Shown here: piece after piece, positions 10,916 to 21,280 of the stretch
Numbering within the stretch: the stretch's first letter is position 1
How the letters are laid out: every line of letters begins with the position of its first letter
Assembly: GCA_044229845.1 (NCBI GenBank)
Contig: JBGASG010000003.1
Span: 32,001 to 96,000, forward strand
Direction of reading: 5' to 3'
Source of the DNA: Candidatus Obscuribacteraceae bacterium
GTDB taxonomy: Bacteria > Cyanobacteriota > Vampirovibrionia > Obscuribacterales > Obscuribacteraceae
Length of the DNA stretch: 64,000 bases
Translations under genes and position numbers: made by a program
Notes under the pieces: generated by a model
What the model saw: the letters and a program-made list of their open reading frames with translations, nothing else
The model's database searches: none
Told to the model about the DNA's origin: nothing

Positions 10916-10988
10916 GGCACAACCCGGCTAAGGAACACCTGCAACAGCTGAACCGTCATGCACCTGAGATTAAATCGAGGGGCATAAA

Positions 10989-11447
10989 GTGTTCTGGCAA
11001 AGGCATTTCGACATAACGCTGCTATTGGCGGCAATAGCCATGATGTCCCTGCAGGCGCCCGTTCGTCCGCCGGAACTTTATCAAACCAGCGAACGCAGCC
11101 TGGGTGCCATTGTGGAGCCCTCTCCGCCCTCTGTGGGAACAATAGAGGTGCCTCGCATGTTCGTCTCGCCGCCAGCGCTATCAATTGAATCGCGACTGCT
11201 GCAAATGGCTCCACTGGCAGCAAGCGTGGCGCTCGGAGCTACCGAGAGCGAACAAGCATCGAATAACTTCGACAACCTATCAACGTGGGGAACTGTCGCG
11301 GACAGTCAATCAGACTCCAGCTCCAAAAAAGTAGCTGAATACGGTTGCGAGACTGATCGGTTGCAAAATAAAGCCATGACGCGACCCGAGGTGGCGGAAA
11401 GACCAGCCCAGCCTCAGGAAATCGCTACACCGCTGTACGCGATCTAA
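10989..11447 (+). CDS. Hypothetical protein, possible signal peptide
   Basis: 152-aa ORF with a hydrophobic N-terminus and no recognised motif. Confidence 0.45.
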   Translation: MFWQRHFDITLLLAAIAMMSLQAPVRPPELYQTSERSLGAIVEPSPPSVGTIEVPRMFVSPPALSIESRLLQMAPLAASVALGATESEQASNNFDNLSTWGTVADSQSDSSSKKVAEYGCETDRLQNKAMTRPEVAERPAQPQEIATPLYAI

Positions 11448-11456
11448 CCTATGCTT

Positions 11457-11657
11457 TTACTTACCGGAACGCGCCTTTACGACTTGCCGTTCTTCGGTTT
11501 TGGTTTCGACTTGTTTGCGCCGCTTCTCAAGCTGCGCTGGAGAGAATGGAAAAGAACACCATCCGGCTCCGTTAGTCGGACAAAGAGCTAGAGCCGAAAC
11601 TTTTTTTGTCGTGGGTTTCCGGGTTGAGCGATCTGTTTTCGTAGACTTAGTGCCCAT
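11457..11657 (-). CDS. Small basic hypothetical protein
   Basis: Purine-rich RBS (GAGGGAGAGG) before the ATG; K/R-rich with CPTNGAGWC. Confidence 0.6.
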   Translation of the reverse strand: MGTKSTKTDRSTRKPTTKKVSALALCPTNGAGWCSFPFSPAQLEKRRKQVETKTEERQVVKARSGK

Positions 11658-11881
11658 GAGCCTCTCCCTCTGACCTACCCCTGTTTTACCACCAACTACC
11701 GCATCTGGCGAGCGTTTTACGGGAAATTTAATACTAAACCGGCTTATTTCGCCCCTCTTCGCGGGATAATTAATGTTGGCAACTGCCACCACCAACGGTG
11801 TCGCGTTGCCAATCTTGCAAGCAACTTATCTCTGCATCAAAATAGTCGCCAATCAGATTGTTACGCAGTCGCCGGTAACTA

Positions 11882-12271
11882 ATGACAATTCGAATTTTGG
11901 TACTGAGCAATAACAAAGACATTCTCGAGTCTGTAAAAGAGGAGTTGTCGCCACTCGGCCATAACGTGATCACCTGCACCAGCAGCGCCCTGGCGATGTT
12001 TCTCTCAAACAAAAGTTTTCCATCGGTCGTGATCGCCGATCAGGCGACGGACAGCAGTGCAAAAGAGTTTATCGCGCAACTCAAATCAGACGATCAGCTG
12101 AGCTCGATTCCCGTGGTCGTCCTTTCAGAACCAGGGGATCCAACTAACTGGCACTCGCTGGGAGCCGCCGGCTGCGTGATCAAACCGATAAAATCAGGCG
12201 TTCTCGCCTATGAACTAGCACCATTTTTACGCGAAGTGAAGGACAGCCGTAGCGCAGAAACGCCCGAGTAG
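11882..12271 (+). CDS. Single-domain response regulator receiver (atypical)
   Basis: IRILVL...VVIAD...IPVVVLS...GAAGCVIKP pattern. Confidence 0.8.
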   Translation: MTIRILVLSNNKDILESVKEELSPLGHNVITCTSSALAMFLSNKSFPSVVIADQATDSSAKEFIAQLKSDDQLSSIPVVVLSEPGDPTNWHSLGAAGCVIKPIKSGVLAYELAPFLREVKDSRSAETPE

Positions 12272-12432
12272 TGCACTTTAAGTAGGACAGCTCTGCCGTT
12301 TGGCATTTGCGCGGCCTGCAAATCTCTGAATATAATCAATCTCTAGTTGCCAGGTCGGGCAGGTGGTCCGACTCGTTTGTCTGCGCTCTCGTGCAGACCC
12401 GCTTTGCCGCACCCGCATGTGAGGGAATCTCG

Positions 12433-13539
12433 ATGAAAAATGCCGTCGTCGTCGTCGCATCCTTGCTCGCACTATTTTCTGCGGCTACGCCGGAGTCCCA
12501 GTCGAGATCCACCAGCAAGCGCTCTCCTCGCGTAAAGAGTCAGGCAGCCAAAACTCACGCTTCGCAAAAGAAGGTGGTGACTCGCGTCGCCTCAGCAGCA
12601 GTCGGTCGGTCCAATAAAAAGGGTGTCTGGACACGCAAGCCGTCGCGCACAGCGATCAAAACCATCGCCAAAGTGAAGGCGCGCGGCAGCGGTCAAGCTG
12701 TCGTCGCGCAAGCAGTTGTTCGTCCAAGTCCATACTCGTACACGGCTCCCTGGAACCAGGTCGCCAGAATGACTCATAAAGAATCGAACCGCATACGTCA
12801 GGATTTCGCTGCCGGAAAGGCGGCGCAATACACTCCGCAGCAACTGGCCAAAGCCGGACTGCTCACCAAAAAGTCTTTATGGGGCGGCATTTTCGAGCGA
12901 GCAGAGCCGATCAAGTACATCGTCATGCATTCCACTGAGACTGCACGCCCGGCTTCAGCGCCGCAAATCATCCAGAGCTGGAATAATCGCGGCTTGCGCC
13001 ATCCAGGAACCCCCTTCATGGTAGACCGCGACGGCAAAATCTATGTGACTGTCGATCCCAATTACGGAACCGTTCATATCGAACCCACCAGAGCCAAGTG
13101 GGGAGTAACGAATTCCAACAGCATCGGCATCGAAATGGTCCACACGGGCAAACAGAAATACACCAAGAAACAAATGGCGTCAGTCAGCCGGCTGGTTGCC
13201 TATCTCCAGAAACGTTATTCGGTCAGCGGCGATCGCATCTATTCACATGGGTTCGTACAGCCGAGCGATCGAACCGATCCGGTCGGCTTTGATTGGGCGG
13301 CGTTCAATATTGCCAAGGCTAATCTGGGTCAGACTGTCATGGTGGCAGCAGCACCTGACACTACTGAACAACGCGACAATAAGCCGGCGAACGGAGTTCA
13401 GCAGTACGGCTGGCTGAAGGCCGCCGCGTTTGCGACCACCATGCCCAAGCCCGCGCCAGCGTTCAGACCGGCGTTGTTTGCCCTGAGCGGACACGCGGTG
13501 CCGATGGCTCCGGATCTGGTTCGCAAACTGGCTAACTGA
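12433..13539 (+). CDS. N-acetylmuramoyl-L-alanine amidase (Amidase_2), secreted
   Basis: Signal peptide, IVMHST, VDRDG, NSNSIGIE, IYSH and RTDP. Confidence 0.85.
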   Translation: MKNAVVVVASLLALFSAATPESQSRSTSKRSPRVKSQAAKTHASQKKVVTRVASAAVGRSNKKGVWTRKPSRTAIKTIAKVKARGSGQAVVAQAVVRPSPYSYTAPWNQVARMTHKESNRIRQDFAAGKAAQYTPQQLAKAGLLTKKSLWGGIFERAEPIKYIVMHSTETARPASAPQIIQSWNNRGLRHPGTPFMVDRDGKIYVTVDPNYGTVHIEPTRAKWGVTNSNSIGIEMVHTGKQKYTKKQMASVSRLVAYLQKRYSVSGDRIYSHGFVQPSDRTDPVGFDWAAFNIAKANLGQTVMVAAAPDTTEQRDNKPANGVQQYGWLKAAAFATTMPKPAPAFRPALFALSGHAVPMAPDLVRKLAN

Positions 13540-15355
13540 GTTCTTCCAGCCGTTTATCTGTCTTTGCGGTGGCGAACACCTTCGGGTACATGCCGGCGGT
13601 CACTCGCAAGATTCCATCAGCCACCAGGTCATCGATGGCAGCCAGAAGTTTTTGCTCTGAGAAACCTCTCAGTGCACCGTATTCAGAATTCGCATCGAAA
13701 CCGTTGCTGAGAATTTTCTTTGAGCGCGAACCCATCAGTATGGCAGTCAATGATGTCCGTCCAACCTTGCCGGACAGACTCTTCGCAAGAGTCAAAATCG
13801 AGCGGTTCATCTGATCCTGATTGGCGACTCGTGACCGGGCACTGTAACTGGTGCGCGAGACTCCGCCATGATTGCTGCGCTTACCCCCTTCTTCAGGGAT
13901 GATACTGACGCACAATTCGAACTGATCCGGAGAACATACGTCGCAGCCCTGGCACTTATCCTGCAAGCGCTCGCCGAAGTAATAGAGAATTGCCTGCCGG
14001 CGGCACACACTCTGTTCCGCATAGCGAACCAGTGAATTGAGGCGTTCTTCGTCCCGGCGTCGCCGCTGCCAGAGCCGATCGAAATCCACCTCGGCAATGC
14101 GGTTTTCAGCCGGGCAGAAGATTGCACCACTATCGGACACTTTGATAACACCCGACGCCTTCAAATGATCGAGGGCGCTGTTAAGAGCGCTGTCCTCGAG
14201 ATCGATTTGCGCCAATATATCGCCCGTCGTCGCGCCGCGCTCCGGCAAGCGGCGCAACAAATTCATCAATGAGTGAAGTTGCTCGCTGCTGGGATAGTTT
14301 TTTCCGATCAACCATTTCTGGATAAATATGTCGCGCGGCTGATAGAGCAGCGTGCATGTAGCTGTCAATCCGTCGCGTCCGGCCCGTCCGGCTTGCTGGT
14401 AGTAATCTTCGAGAGAACTCGGCAAATTATAGTGAATGACGCGCCTGATGTTCGGTTTGTCGATGCCCATGCCAAAGGCGACGGTCCCCACAATGGCTTG
14501 CAATTCGTCCTGCTCGAAGCGGCGCTGCGTGCGCTGCCGCAATTCACCACCCAGCCCGGCATGGTAGCAAGCTGCTTTAATGCCGCCCTTAACCAGCACC
14601 TGTGCCAGGCGCTCCGCTTCCTTTTTGCTGCTTGTGTAAACAATCGCCGGCTGGTTGCTTTCGGCAATCGCAGCTTGCACGAAAGCGTCTTTGGCATGAC
14701 CGTTGGAGAGCCGCTGCACTTCAAACCGCAAGTTTGGTCGATCGAATCCGCCGGAAACAACGCGCATGTTCGGCAAGCCCAATGCCACTACAATGTCCTT
14801 TTGCACCATAGGGGTAGCGGTGGCTGTCAGGGCCAAAATTACAGTCTTGCGCAGCGCCGGCAGATGGCTGCCCAGATTGCGGTACTGAGGGCGGAAGTCG
14901 TGTCCCCACTGACTGATGCAATGCGCCTCGTCGATGACCAGCAAGGATATGTCGAGATTGGCGATCAGTTCGCGAAAACGAGGCGAATCAAATCTCTCCG
15001 GTGCCACATAGACAAGTTTATAGGCACCATTTCTGATACCATCGATTCGCTCCGTTATTTGGGTAAAACTGAGTGTGCTGTTGAGCACGGTGGCACTGGT
15101 GATACCACGGCGTTCCAATCCTGATACCTGGTCCTGCATCAAAGCGATCAGCGGCGAAATAACCAGCGTCACTCCGGAAAACATTTGACTGGGCAGCTGA
15201 TAGCAAAGCGATTTTCCATATCCGGTCGGCAGCAGCGCCAGCGCATTTTCACCGTTCAGGAGACACTCGATAATCTCCTTCTGCTTGGGTCGCAGATCTT
15301 GTAGACCAAACTGTTCGGAGAGAACTTGCTGGATAAGCGGGGATGTTATTTGCAT
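13532..15355 (-). CDS. recQ: ATP-dependent DNA helicase, RecQ family
   Basis: PTGYGKSLCYQ, DEAHCISQWGHDFRP, TATA, QQAGRAGRDG, zinc site CRR...CQGCDVC and an RQC domain. Confidence 0.93.
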   Translation of the reverse strand: MQITSPLIQQVLSEQFGLQDLRPKQKEIIECLLNGENALALLPTGYGKSLCYQLPSQMFSGVTLVISPLIALMQDQVSGLERRGITSATVLNSTLSFTQITERIDGIRNGAYKLVYVAPERFDSPRFRELIANLDISLLVIDEAHCISQWGHDFRPQYRNLGSHLPALRKTVILALTATATPMVQKDIVVALGLPNMRVVSGGFDRPNLRFEVQRLSNGHAKDAFVQAAIAESNQPAIVYTSSKKEAERLAQVLVKGGIKAACYHAGLGGELRQRTQRRFEQDELQAIVGTVAFGMGIDKPNIRRVIHYNLPSSLEDYYQQAGRAGRDGLTATCTLLYQPRDIFIQKWLIGKNYPSSEQLHSLMNLLRRLPERGATTGDILAQIDLEDSALNSALDHLKASGVIKVSDSGAIFCPAENRIAEVDFDRLWQRRRRDEERLNSLVRYAEQSVCRRQAILYYFGERLQDKCQGCDVCSPDQFELCVSIIPEEGGKRSNHGGVSRTSYSARSRVANQDQMNRSILTLAKSLSGKVGRTSLTAILMGSRSKKILSNGFDANSEYGALRGFSEQKLLAAIDDLVADGILRVTAGMYPKVFATAKTDKRLEELS

Positions 15356-15515
15356 GGCGATGGCTGATCACTGAATAAGATTCTTCCTAATAGCACGCAC
15401 AAAGGCGCCAAGGTCTGACGGACAGTTAACCTCGGCAATCCCTATATAGGATAGCTATAGCTTTTCATCCAAAACAATCCGGAAAGTACGCGTTTTAATC
15501 TTCTAAAATGCGACG

Positions 15516-16229
15516 ATGATCACTGCCATGGATCGCCGGCGTAATCCTGAATTGATGGACGATCCCGCGCTCGACGAGCGTGCGCATCTGCTTGCGCTGC
15601 GCGGACTGGAACGGCTGAACGCCGTCAGTGGAGCCGTACCTCAAATTTGGGCTGCCATTCGTCCGCTTTACGAAACTGCGCCCAGCGTATCTCTTCTAGA
15701 TATAGCGACCGGCGGCGGTGATGTACCGCTGTCGCTTGCCCGATTTGCCGCAAGCGAAGGTCGCACACTGCATGTGAGCGGCACAGACATCAGCCCGCGC
15801 GCTATCGCCATGTGCCGAAAACGCGCCTCTGACGCCGGTATAGACGCCCGGTTCTTCGAGTTCGACGCACTCAGCGATGAGTTGCCACAGGCGATAGAAC
15901 GGTTTGATGTGGTGACTGCTAACTTGTTCACACATCACATAGATCCGCCCGCAGTCATCGCGCTTCTCAAGCGCATGTCGGAATGCGCGAAGAAGCTGGT
16001 CATCGTTAACGACCTGGAACGCTCCTGGCTGAACTACGTACAAGTGATCGTCGCCACACGGTTGCTGTCGGCATCACCTGTGGTGCACTTCGATGGTCCG
16101 ACCTCGGTGCGCGCGGCCTACACCGTCTCGGAATTCAAAGAAATGGGTGAAGCGGCAGGATTGCGCGATTGTCGCGTTGAGAAACGCTTTCCCTGCCGGC
16201 TCCTTCTCACGTGGTCGCCCGATGAATAA
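15516..16229 (+). CDS. SAM-dependent methyltransferase
   Basis: ELMDDP, LLDIATGGGD, LFTHH and VNDL. Confidence 0.88.
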   Translation: MITAMDRRRNPELMDDPALDERAHLLALRGLERLNAVSGAVPQIWAAIRPLYETAPSVSLLDIATGGGDVPLSLARFAASEGRTLHVSGTDISPRAIAMCRKRASDAGIDARFFEFDALSDELPQAIERFDVVTANLFTHHIDPPAVIALLKRMSECAKKLVIVNDLERSWLNYVQVIVATRLLSASPVVHFDGPTSVRAAYTVSEFKEMGEAAGLRDCRVEKRFPCRLLLTWSPDE

Positions 16230-17382
16230 GAACTGGAATGTCGTCATCATCGGTGCCGGACCGGCGGGCAGCATGCTCGCTTGCGAATTGGCGAGCATAG
16301 GCGTCAGTGATATCCTGTTGCTCGATAAGGCGGTGTTTCCTCGCCAGAAAGTCTGCGGCTGCTGTTTGAATGCCGCCGCCCTGGATCAGCTGGAACAGGC
16401 CGGTTTGCTCGGACCAATGTCGTTATTAGATCACGGAGTGCCACTGCATAGTTTGCATGTGTACCTGTCAGGGCGGCGCGTGGCGATCAATTTACCGGCC
16501 GGACTGGCTATCTCTCGCGAGTCATTCGATCAACTGCTGGTACTGCAGGCGGTGCGACGGGGCGTGACGTTTCGGGACGGTTGTGCTGCCCGCGTGGGAA
16601 CACTGACAGATGGCTATCGGCTGGTTCACCTGGCAGCGGGAGATGATGCCAATTTACCAACGGCTGCGGAAACTTTGACTGCGCGCGTAGTCATCGCTGC
16701 CGATGGACTGGGAGGAACCAGCCTGCAGGGATTCTCCGAGTTTAGCCTGGATGTGTACCCTCACTCGAAGGTGGGCGTCGGAACCAGAGTTTCGGCAGTT
16801 CCGGCTGGATATATTCGAAACACTGTTTTTATGTCATGCGCAAATCATGGCTATGCAGGCATAGTTGCGCTTGAAGATGGCACCTGTGACGTGGCCGCGG
16901 CGCTGGATGTAGACCTATTGCGGGACGCAAACCATGATATTGGCGGCACGGTGCAAAAGATCATGCGCGAGGCGGGGCTGCCGATCATCGAAGCACTGAA
17001 TGAAACTCGTTGGCGAGGAACCCGTCCGCTGACCTGCAAACGAAAAGATGTCGCGTCTTGCCGCATCTTTGTCGTTGGAGACTCGGCCGCCTACGTGGAA
17101 CCATTTACCGGAGAAGGAATTGCCTGGGCGCTCGCCGGCGCACGTGCTCTGACACCGATTGTTCGCAAATGCGTGCGCGAGGGCTGGGATGATTTGTTGT
17201 CGGCGCAATGGCGATATATGCATCGCCGCATCGTACGTGACAGGCAGGCGACCAGCAAACTGGCCGCGTTTGCGCTTCGAAACACCCGCTCCGTCGGTGT
17301 TGTGTCACGGTTGCTGGAAGGCGCACCGTTCGTTTTGCACCCGCTGGTCGCTCGTGTTAATGCACCAATTGAGGTCAGATAA
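16222..17382 (+). CDS. FAD-dependent oxidoreductase (geranylgeranyl reductase/monooxygenase-like)
   Basis: IIGAGPAG, FPRQKVCG, IAADG and VGDSAAYVEPFTGEG. Confidence 0.88.
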   Translation: MNKNWNVVIIGAGPAGSMLACELASIGVSDILLLDKAVFPRQKVCGCCLNAAALDQLEQAGLLGPMSLLDHGVPLHSLHVYLSGRRVAINLPAGLAISRESFDQLLVLQAVRRGVTFRDGCAARVGTLTDGYRLVHLAAGDDANLPTAAETLTARVVIAADGLGGTSLQGFSEFSLDVYPHSKVGVGTRVSAVPAGYIRNTVFMSCANHGYAGIVALEDGTCDVAAALDVDLLRDANHDIGGTVQKIMREAGLPIIEALNETRWRGTRPLTCKRKDVASCRIFVVGDSAAYVEPFTGEGIAWALAGARALTPIVRKCVREGWDDLLSAQWRYMHRRIVRDRQATSKLAAFALRNTRSVGVVSRLLEGAPFVLHPLVARVNAPIEVR

Positions 17383-17386
17383 CGCA

Positions 17387-18481
17387 ATGTCCAAGCAATC
17401 TGCAGACATCACAGGACTGGCAGTTGGCGTTCCGGGCGCAGCGGTGTCTCAAGAGTTCGCAGCACGACTTGCGGCGTCGCTGTCAGCGGGAAGCACCCGC
17501 CAGAACAAAGTGATCTCAGAGATTTACCGCCGCTCAGGAGTCGCATGCAGAAATAGCACACTGGTCCGAGGCAACAGCGGTCGCGACGGCGAGTTTTTCT
17601 CAAAACGCTCCGCCTGCGGTCCGGGCACGGCCGAACGTATGCAGCGCTACCGCCTGGATGCACCGGCGCTTGCTATTGCCACGGCACGGGATGCGTTGTC
17701 CGACGCGCAGGTTGAGGCAGAACAGATAACTCATCTAATCACGGTGTCGTGCACCGGATTTAGTGCACCCGGATTCGATGTCGATCTGATTCTCAATTTA
17801 CCGCTGCCCTCCACCGTGCAACGGACGCATGTTGGGTTCATGGGCTGTCACGGAGCCCTGAACGCCCTACGCGTAGCCAGAGCTCTGGTCGCGGCTGATT
17901 CAGACAATCGGGTGCTAGTCTGTTGCGTTGAGTTGTGCACGTTGCATTTCCAATATGCCTACGATGCGAACAATGTCGTTGCCAACTCGCTCTTTGCCGA
18001 TGGCGCGGCCGCCGCGGTCATCGAAAGCGGCAATCAGCCCGTAAGCGGCAATCCCATCGGATGCCTCGCCGGCACGCATTCCATTATTTTGCCGGACAGC
18101 CGCGAATTGATGACCTGGACTGTGGGCGACCACGGCTTTCAGATGACTCTGTCGGGGTCAGTCCCTGAAATAGTGCGACAGTCATTGCCGACAGTCGTGA
18201 ATCCCTGGTTGGCGGCGCACCAACTCACTGTCCAAGACATTAGAGGATGGGCAATTCATCCTGGTGGACCACGAATCGTCGATGCCGTTGAGACCAGCCT
18301 CAAACTCGACGACAAGCAATCAGAACCATCACGAACAGCGCTTTCCCATCACGGCAATATGTCTTCGCCCACCGTACTGTTCATACTTGATGCTCTGCGA
18401 CAACGCTCGGAAGGGCACCTGCCCTGCGTGATAATGGCATTTGGACCTGGATTAACTGTCGAATTGGCGCTGCTCACCTAG
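17387..18481 (+). CDS. Type III polyketide synthase (chalcone/stilbene synthase family)
   Basis: Cys-His-Asn triad in GFMGCHG, IHPGG and GNMSS; also LFADGAAA and AFGPGLTVE. Confidence 0.93.
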   Translation: MSKQSADITGLAVGVPGAAVSQEFAARLAASLSAGSTRQNKVISEIYRRSGVACRNSTLVRGNSGRDGEFFSKRSACGPGTAERMQRYRLDAPALAIATARDALSDAQVEAEQITHLITVSCTGFSAPGFDVDLILNLPLPSTVQRTHVGFMGCHGALNALRVARALVAADSDNRVLVCCVELCTLHFQYAYDANNVVANSLFADGAAAAVIESGNQPVSGNPIGCLAGTHSIILPDSRELMTWTVGDHGFQMTLSGSVPEIVRQSLPTVVNPWLAAHQLTVQDIRGWAIHPGGPRIVDAVETSLKLDDKQSEPSRTALSHHGNMSSPTVLFILDALRQRSEGHLPCVIMAFGPGLTVELALLT

Positions 18482-18681
18482 GCGCGATGGGGAAAATACG
18501 AAACGGCTCGATCGGCGCCAGCGCCTGAATTCCCGCACTGGTGCCGTTTTAGAGCGCCATGACATATTGACATTCATCGACCTAATTGTTATGTTGGCGG
18601 CCTCGCAAAACATTCGGCAACGGCTGACCGCCTTGTCGAGGCGACCGCTCGCCCCATACCGCTTCTCTATTGGATTTCCCG

Positions 18682-20166
18682 ATGTCGCAGTCAGGATTCA
18701 GCATAGAGGACTTTCAATTTCACTCGCCGCTGGTGGGTAACATTGAACTGTCCAATTACGTCCATACCTTGATGCATGAGTTTCCAACTGCGAACTCAAG
18801 CAATGAGGATATGGCTGGGCCGTTAATCGTGTCCGGAACCGACGCAGGAACTCTTGCGCGCGACCAGATTCGCGACACACTCAAATCGGCTAACGAACTT
18901 CATTTCAGCACCGCCGCCGAAAACGCACAAAGCAATCAGCAGCCGGATTACTTCCTCGGTGCTGACGGCAAGCTGACACCCAATCCCGACAAGACTACCA
19001 AGAATTCCGACGGCTCAATCAACATCGAACTGCAGTCGCAAAATAAGCAAGAGATAGACTCGAAGAAACTGGCGGATCAGCTGCAAAAGGCAGCCATCAA
19101 GGATTTGATTCAATACTTCCTTCAGAACAATCCGAACGGCAAAGTACCCCAGGATTGGCTGGATATGCTGGCTAGAGAACCGGATCTGCCTCCGGCGCCG
19201 ATGCAAATCTTCGAACCCCCGACGGATACACCGGCACCACCCATAGTGAATCCTCTGCCACCAACCGATGGCAATCAGAATCAACCGACTCCAGAGTACG
19301 ACCCTGGTCCGGCGAACGTGATTGGAGGAGGCAGCGACCTGCCGCCTGGCGGTGGCGGCGGCGGTGGCGGTGGCGGCGGTGGCGGTGGCGGCGGTGGCGG
19401 CGGCAGTGACGGCGGCGGCACGTACAACGGCGGCAGCGACGGTAGCACCAGCGGACCACCTCAAAGAAGCGACATTCCTGCTCCATCGGGGCAGTCAGGG
19501 CTCAGCATTGTGCCTGGCGACGGAAAGGGTCTTGAACACCTCAAAGAAGCTATTGACCGCGCGAATAGCGGCGGTAAACCTGTCAGCATCCTCCAGTACG
19601 GCGACTCTCATATCGTCCAGGGGACAGAAGCAAAAACGATTGAAAGCCTGATGAAAGGTCTAGCTCCAACTGAATACAACGTCAAAGCACTGGGTGGCAT
19701 CAGTGCAAACTACCCAGCCGCCCATTCGCAAGAATGGCTTGACCAACCTATTCAACAAGCCAATCCAGATCTGGTGATTCTGTCTTTTGGCAGCAACGAC
19801 TCCGCGGGCAACCCAAACCCTGAGCAGTATGCGAAAACCTACCAAAATCTCATCGATGAGGTTCGACAACGCGCTCCGAACGCCTCCATTCTCATAGTTG
19901 GACCGACCGATGGCAATTCAATTACCGGATCCAACAAGGGCAATGATCTGCCCGGTCTCGACACCGTAATTCAGGTGCAAAAAGAGATCGCTGCCAAGAA
20001 CGGACTCGACTTCATGGATATGCGCCAAGCCATGGGCGGACCCGGTTCAATAGAAAAGTGGCACACCGACGGTCTGGCAGCCGGAGACGAATTACACTTT
20101 ACAGGTCAGGGCTATCAAAAGATCGGTCAGGGCATCTTCGAGCACATCAAAACCGAGCTCGCCTGA
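18682..20166 (+). CDS. SGNH/GDSL hydrolase-domain protein with unknown N-terminal domain and Pro/poly-Gly linker
   Basis: YGDSH, FGSND and DELHF blocks; 19 consecutive Gly codons at 19348-19404. Confidence 0.82.
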   Translation: MSQSGFSIEDFQFHSPLVGNIELSNYVHTLMHEFPTANSSNEDMAGPLIVSGTDAGTLARDQIRDTLKSANELHFSTAAENAQSNQQPDYFLGADGKLTPNPDKTTKNSDGSINIELQSQNKQEIDSKKLADQLQKAAIKDLIQYFLQNNPNGKVPQDWLDMLAREPDLPPAPMQIFEPPTDTPAPPIVNPLPPTDGNQNQPTPEYDPGPANVIGGGSDLPPGGGGGGGGGGGGGGGGGGGSDGGGTYNGGSDGSTSGPPQRSDIPAPSGQSGLSIVPGDGKGLEHLKEAIDRANSGGKPVSILQYGDSHIVQGTEAKTIESLMKGLAPTEYNVKALGGISANYPAAHSQEWLDQPIQQANPDLVILSFGSNDSAGNPNPEQYAKTYQNLIDEVRQRAPNASILIVGPTDGNSITGSNKGNDLPGLDTVIQVQKEIAAKNGLDFMDMRQAMGGPGSIEKWHTDGLAAGDELHFTGQGYQKIGQGIFEHIKTELA

Positions 20167-20182
20167 CCCGCACCGCCTAGAA

Positions 20183-20272
20183 CTAAAGTGATATCACTCC
20201 AGGTTTCGCCGCCAGAACTGAAGTGATATCACTCCAGGTTTCGTCGCCTAAGCTAAAGTGATATCACTTTAG
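20183..20272. repeat. Dispersed palindrome locus, 3 copies at 35-bp period
   Basis: CTAAAGTGATATCACTCCAG (20183), CTGAAGTGATATCACTCCAG (20218) and CTAAAGTGATATCACTTTAG (20253), between convergent genes. Confidence 0.95.
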
Positions 20273-20290
20273 TTCTAGAAGTAAAGGAGA

Positions 20291-20310
20291 GGGGGCGTAA
20301 ATCCGCCCCC
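20291..20310 (-). terminator. Probable intrinsic terminator hairpin
   Basis: GGGGGCG-taaatc-CGCCCCC with a pyrimidine tail on the minus strand. Confidence 0.55.
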
Positions 20311-20343
20311 TGAATTTGCACTTGATTTGTATATTCGTCAGAG

Positions 20344-20991
20344 CTAGTCGAGTCGTTCAACCGGTGGTTCTACATAGTCCACTCGGTCAATTCGGTCGAC
20401 GCGATCAAGACGATCAACGCGGTCGATGTAGTCATGGCGCTCTGCCGGACCGGCCGGAGCGAGCTCTTGAGCCGCTGCGTAGTGACGCAAGGTTTCGTTC
20501 TTGACGGATTTCGTGTGCAGGCTTTTCGCGCCGGCAGCATCCAGCACCTTAGCGGCTTCGCGTGCACGCTTCTCATGACAGTATACGCCCACCAGCAGAC
20601 CGCCGTGGCGCTTGTCGAGACTGAATAAGTTCGCCTCGAACTCTGGAACAGTCATACCGAACAAGCTGCCGACGATGAGACCGATGGTGCCGCCTAGACC
20701 AGCTCCGGCAAAAGCACCGAGCAAACCTTCCGCACCGGCTGTCGGAGATGGCGTGTAGCCCATAGCAGCGAGTCCGAAACAGATAGCTCCGATGGCGCCA
20801 CCAACTACGGTGCCAAATACACCCATTTCAGGAGCCTTAGTTGCCGGCACAGAGAACCATTCTCGTCCGGTAGCCGTGTCTGGAATAAGGAGACTTATAT
20901 CTTCCTGTGGGAATCCGTGTCTGATCAAGTCTTCGACCGCTAACATCGAGTTAGAGCGATTCTTGAAAATTCCCGTAACCAATTTTGCCAT
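20344..20991 (-). CDS. General stress protein-like membrane protein (Gly-rich hairpin)
   Basis: VTGIF...AVEDL..HGF...DISLL pattern, Gly-zipper helices, GGLLVGV, and RBS GGAGG. Confidence 0.75.
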   Translation of the reverse strand: MAKLVTGIFKNRSNSMLAVEDLIRHGFPQEDISLLIPDTATGREWFSVPATKAPEMGVFGTVVGGAIGAICFGLAAMGYTPSPTAGAEGLLGAFAGAGLGGTIGLIVGSLFGMTVPEFEANLFSLDKRHGGLLVGVYCHEKRAREAAKVLDAAGAKSLHTKSVKNETLRHYAAAQELAPAGPAERHDYIDRVDRLDRVDRIDRVDYVEPPVERLD

Positions 20992-21027
20992 TTCTAGATT
21001 CCTCCACAGTCTTCGTTTGCGGGAGAA

Positions 21028-21053
21028 GACGCAATCTGGCGCTCAACAGTTCC
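21028..21053 (-). promoter_or_regulatory. ECF-sigma-type promoter GGAAC-N17-CGTC
   Basis: Minus strand GGAACtgttgagcgccagattgCGTC upstream of 20991. Confidence 0.75.
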
Positions 21054-21087
21054 ACTTAGGCGAGTGATTTAGTGCCAAACTGGTTGT

Positions 21088-21276
21088 TTACCCGCCATAG
21101 CCACCGTTAGGTGCGCCCGTCGGAGCAGCATATTCGCTTGTGCGATATGTCGTCCGCTTGGGCTGAGAGTCCTTCAAAGCCGCCCAAGCCTTGCGCAATT
21201 CGGTGTATGCAACCAGAGCAGTGGTTACAAGTGAAATCACCGCAACTAATCCTTTTACTGCCTTAAACATCTGCAT
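21088..21276 (-). CDS. Small membrane-anchored hypothetical protein
   Basis: RBS GAGGAG and an N-terminal hydrophobic helix. Confidence 0.6.
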   Translation of the reverse strand: MQMFKAVKGLVAVISLVTTALVAYTELRKAWAALKDSQPKRTTYRTSEYAAPTGAPNGGYGG

Positions 21277-21280
21277 CTCC

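Noticed and set aside
20183..20272. CRISPR array (3 repeats at regular period)
   Set aside because: Repeats are only 20 bp, spacers are 15 bp and nearly identical, and there are no cas genes. The same unit is scattered across the window.
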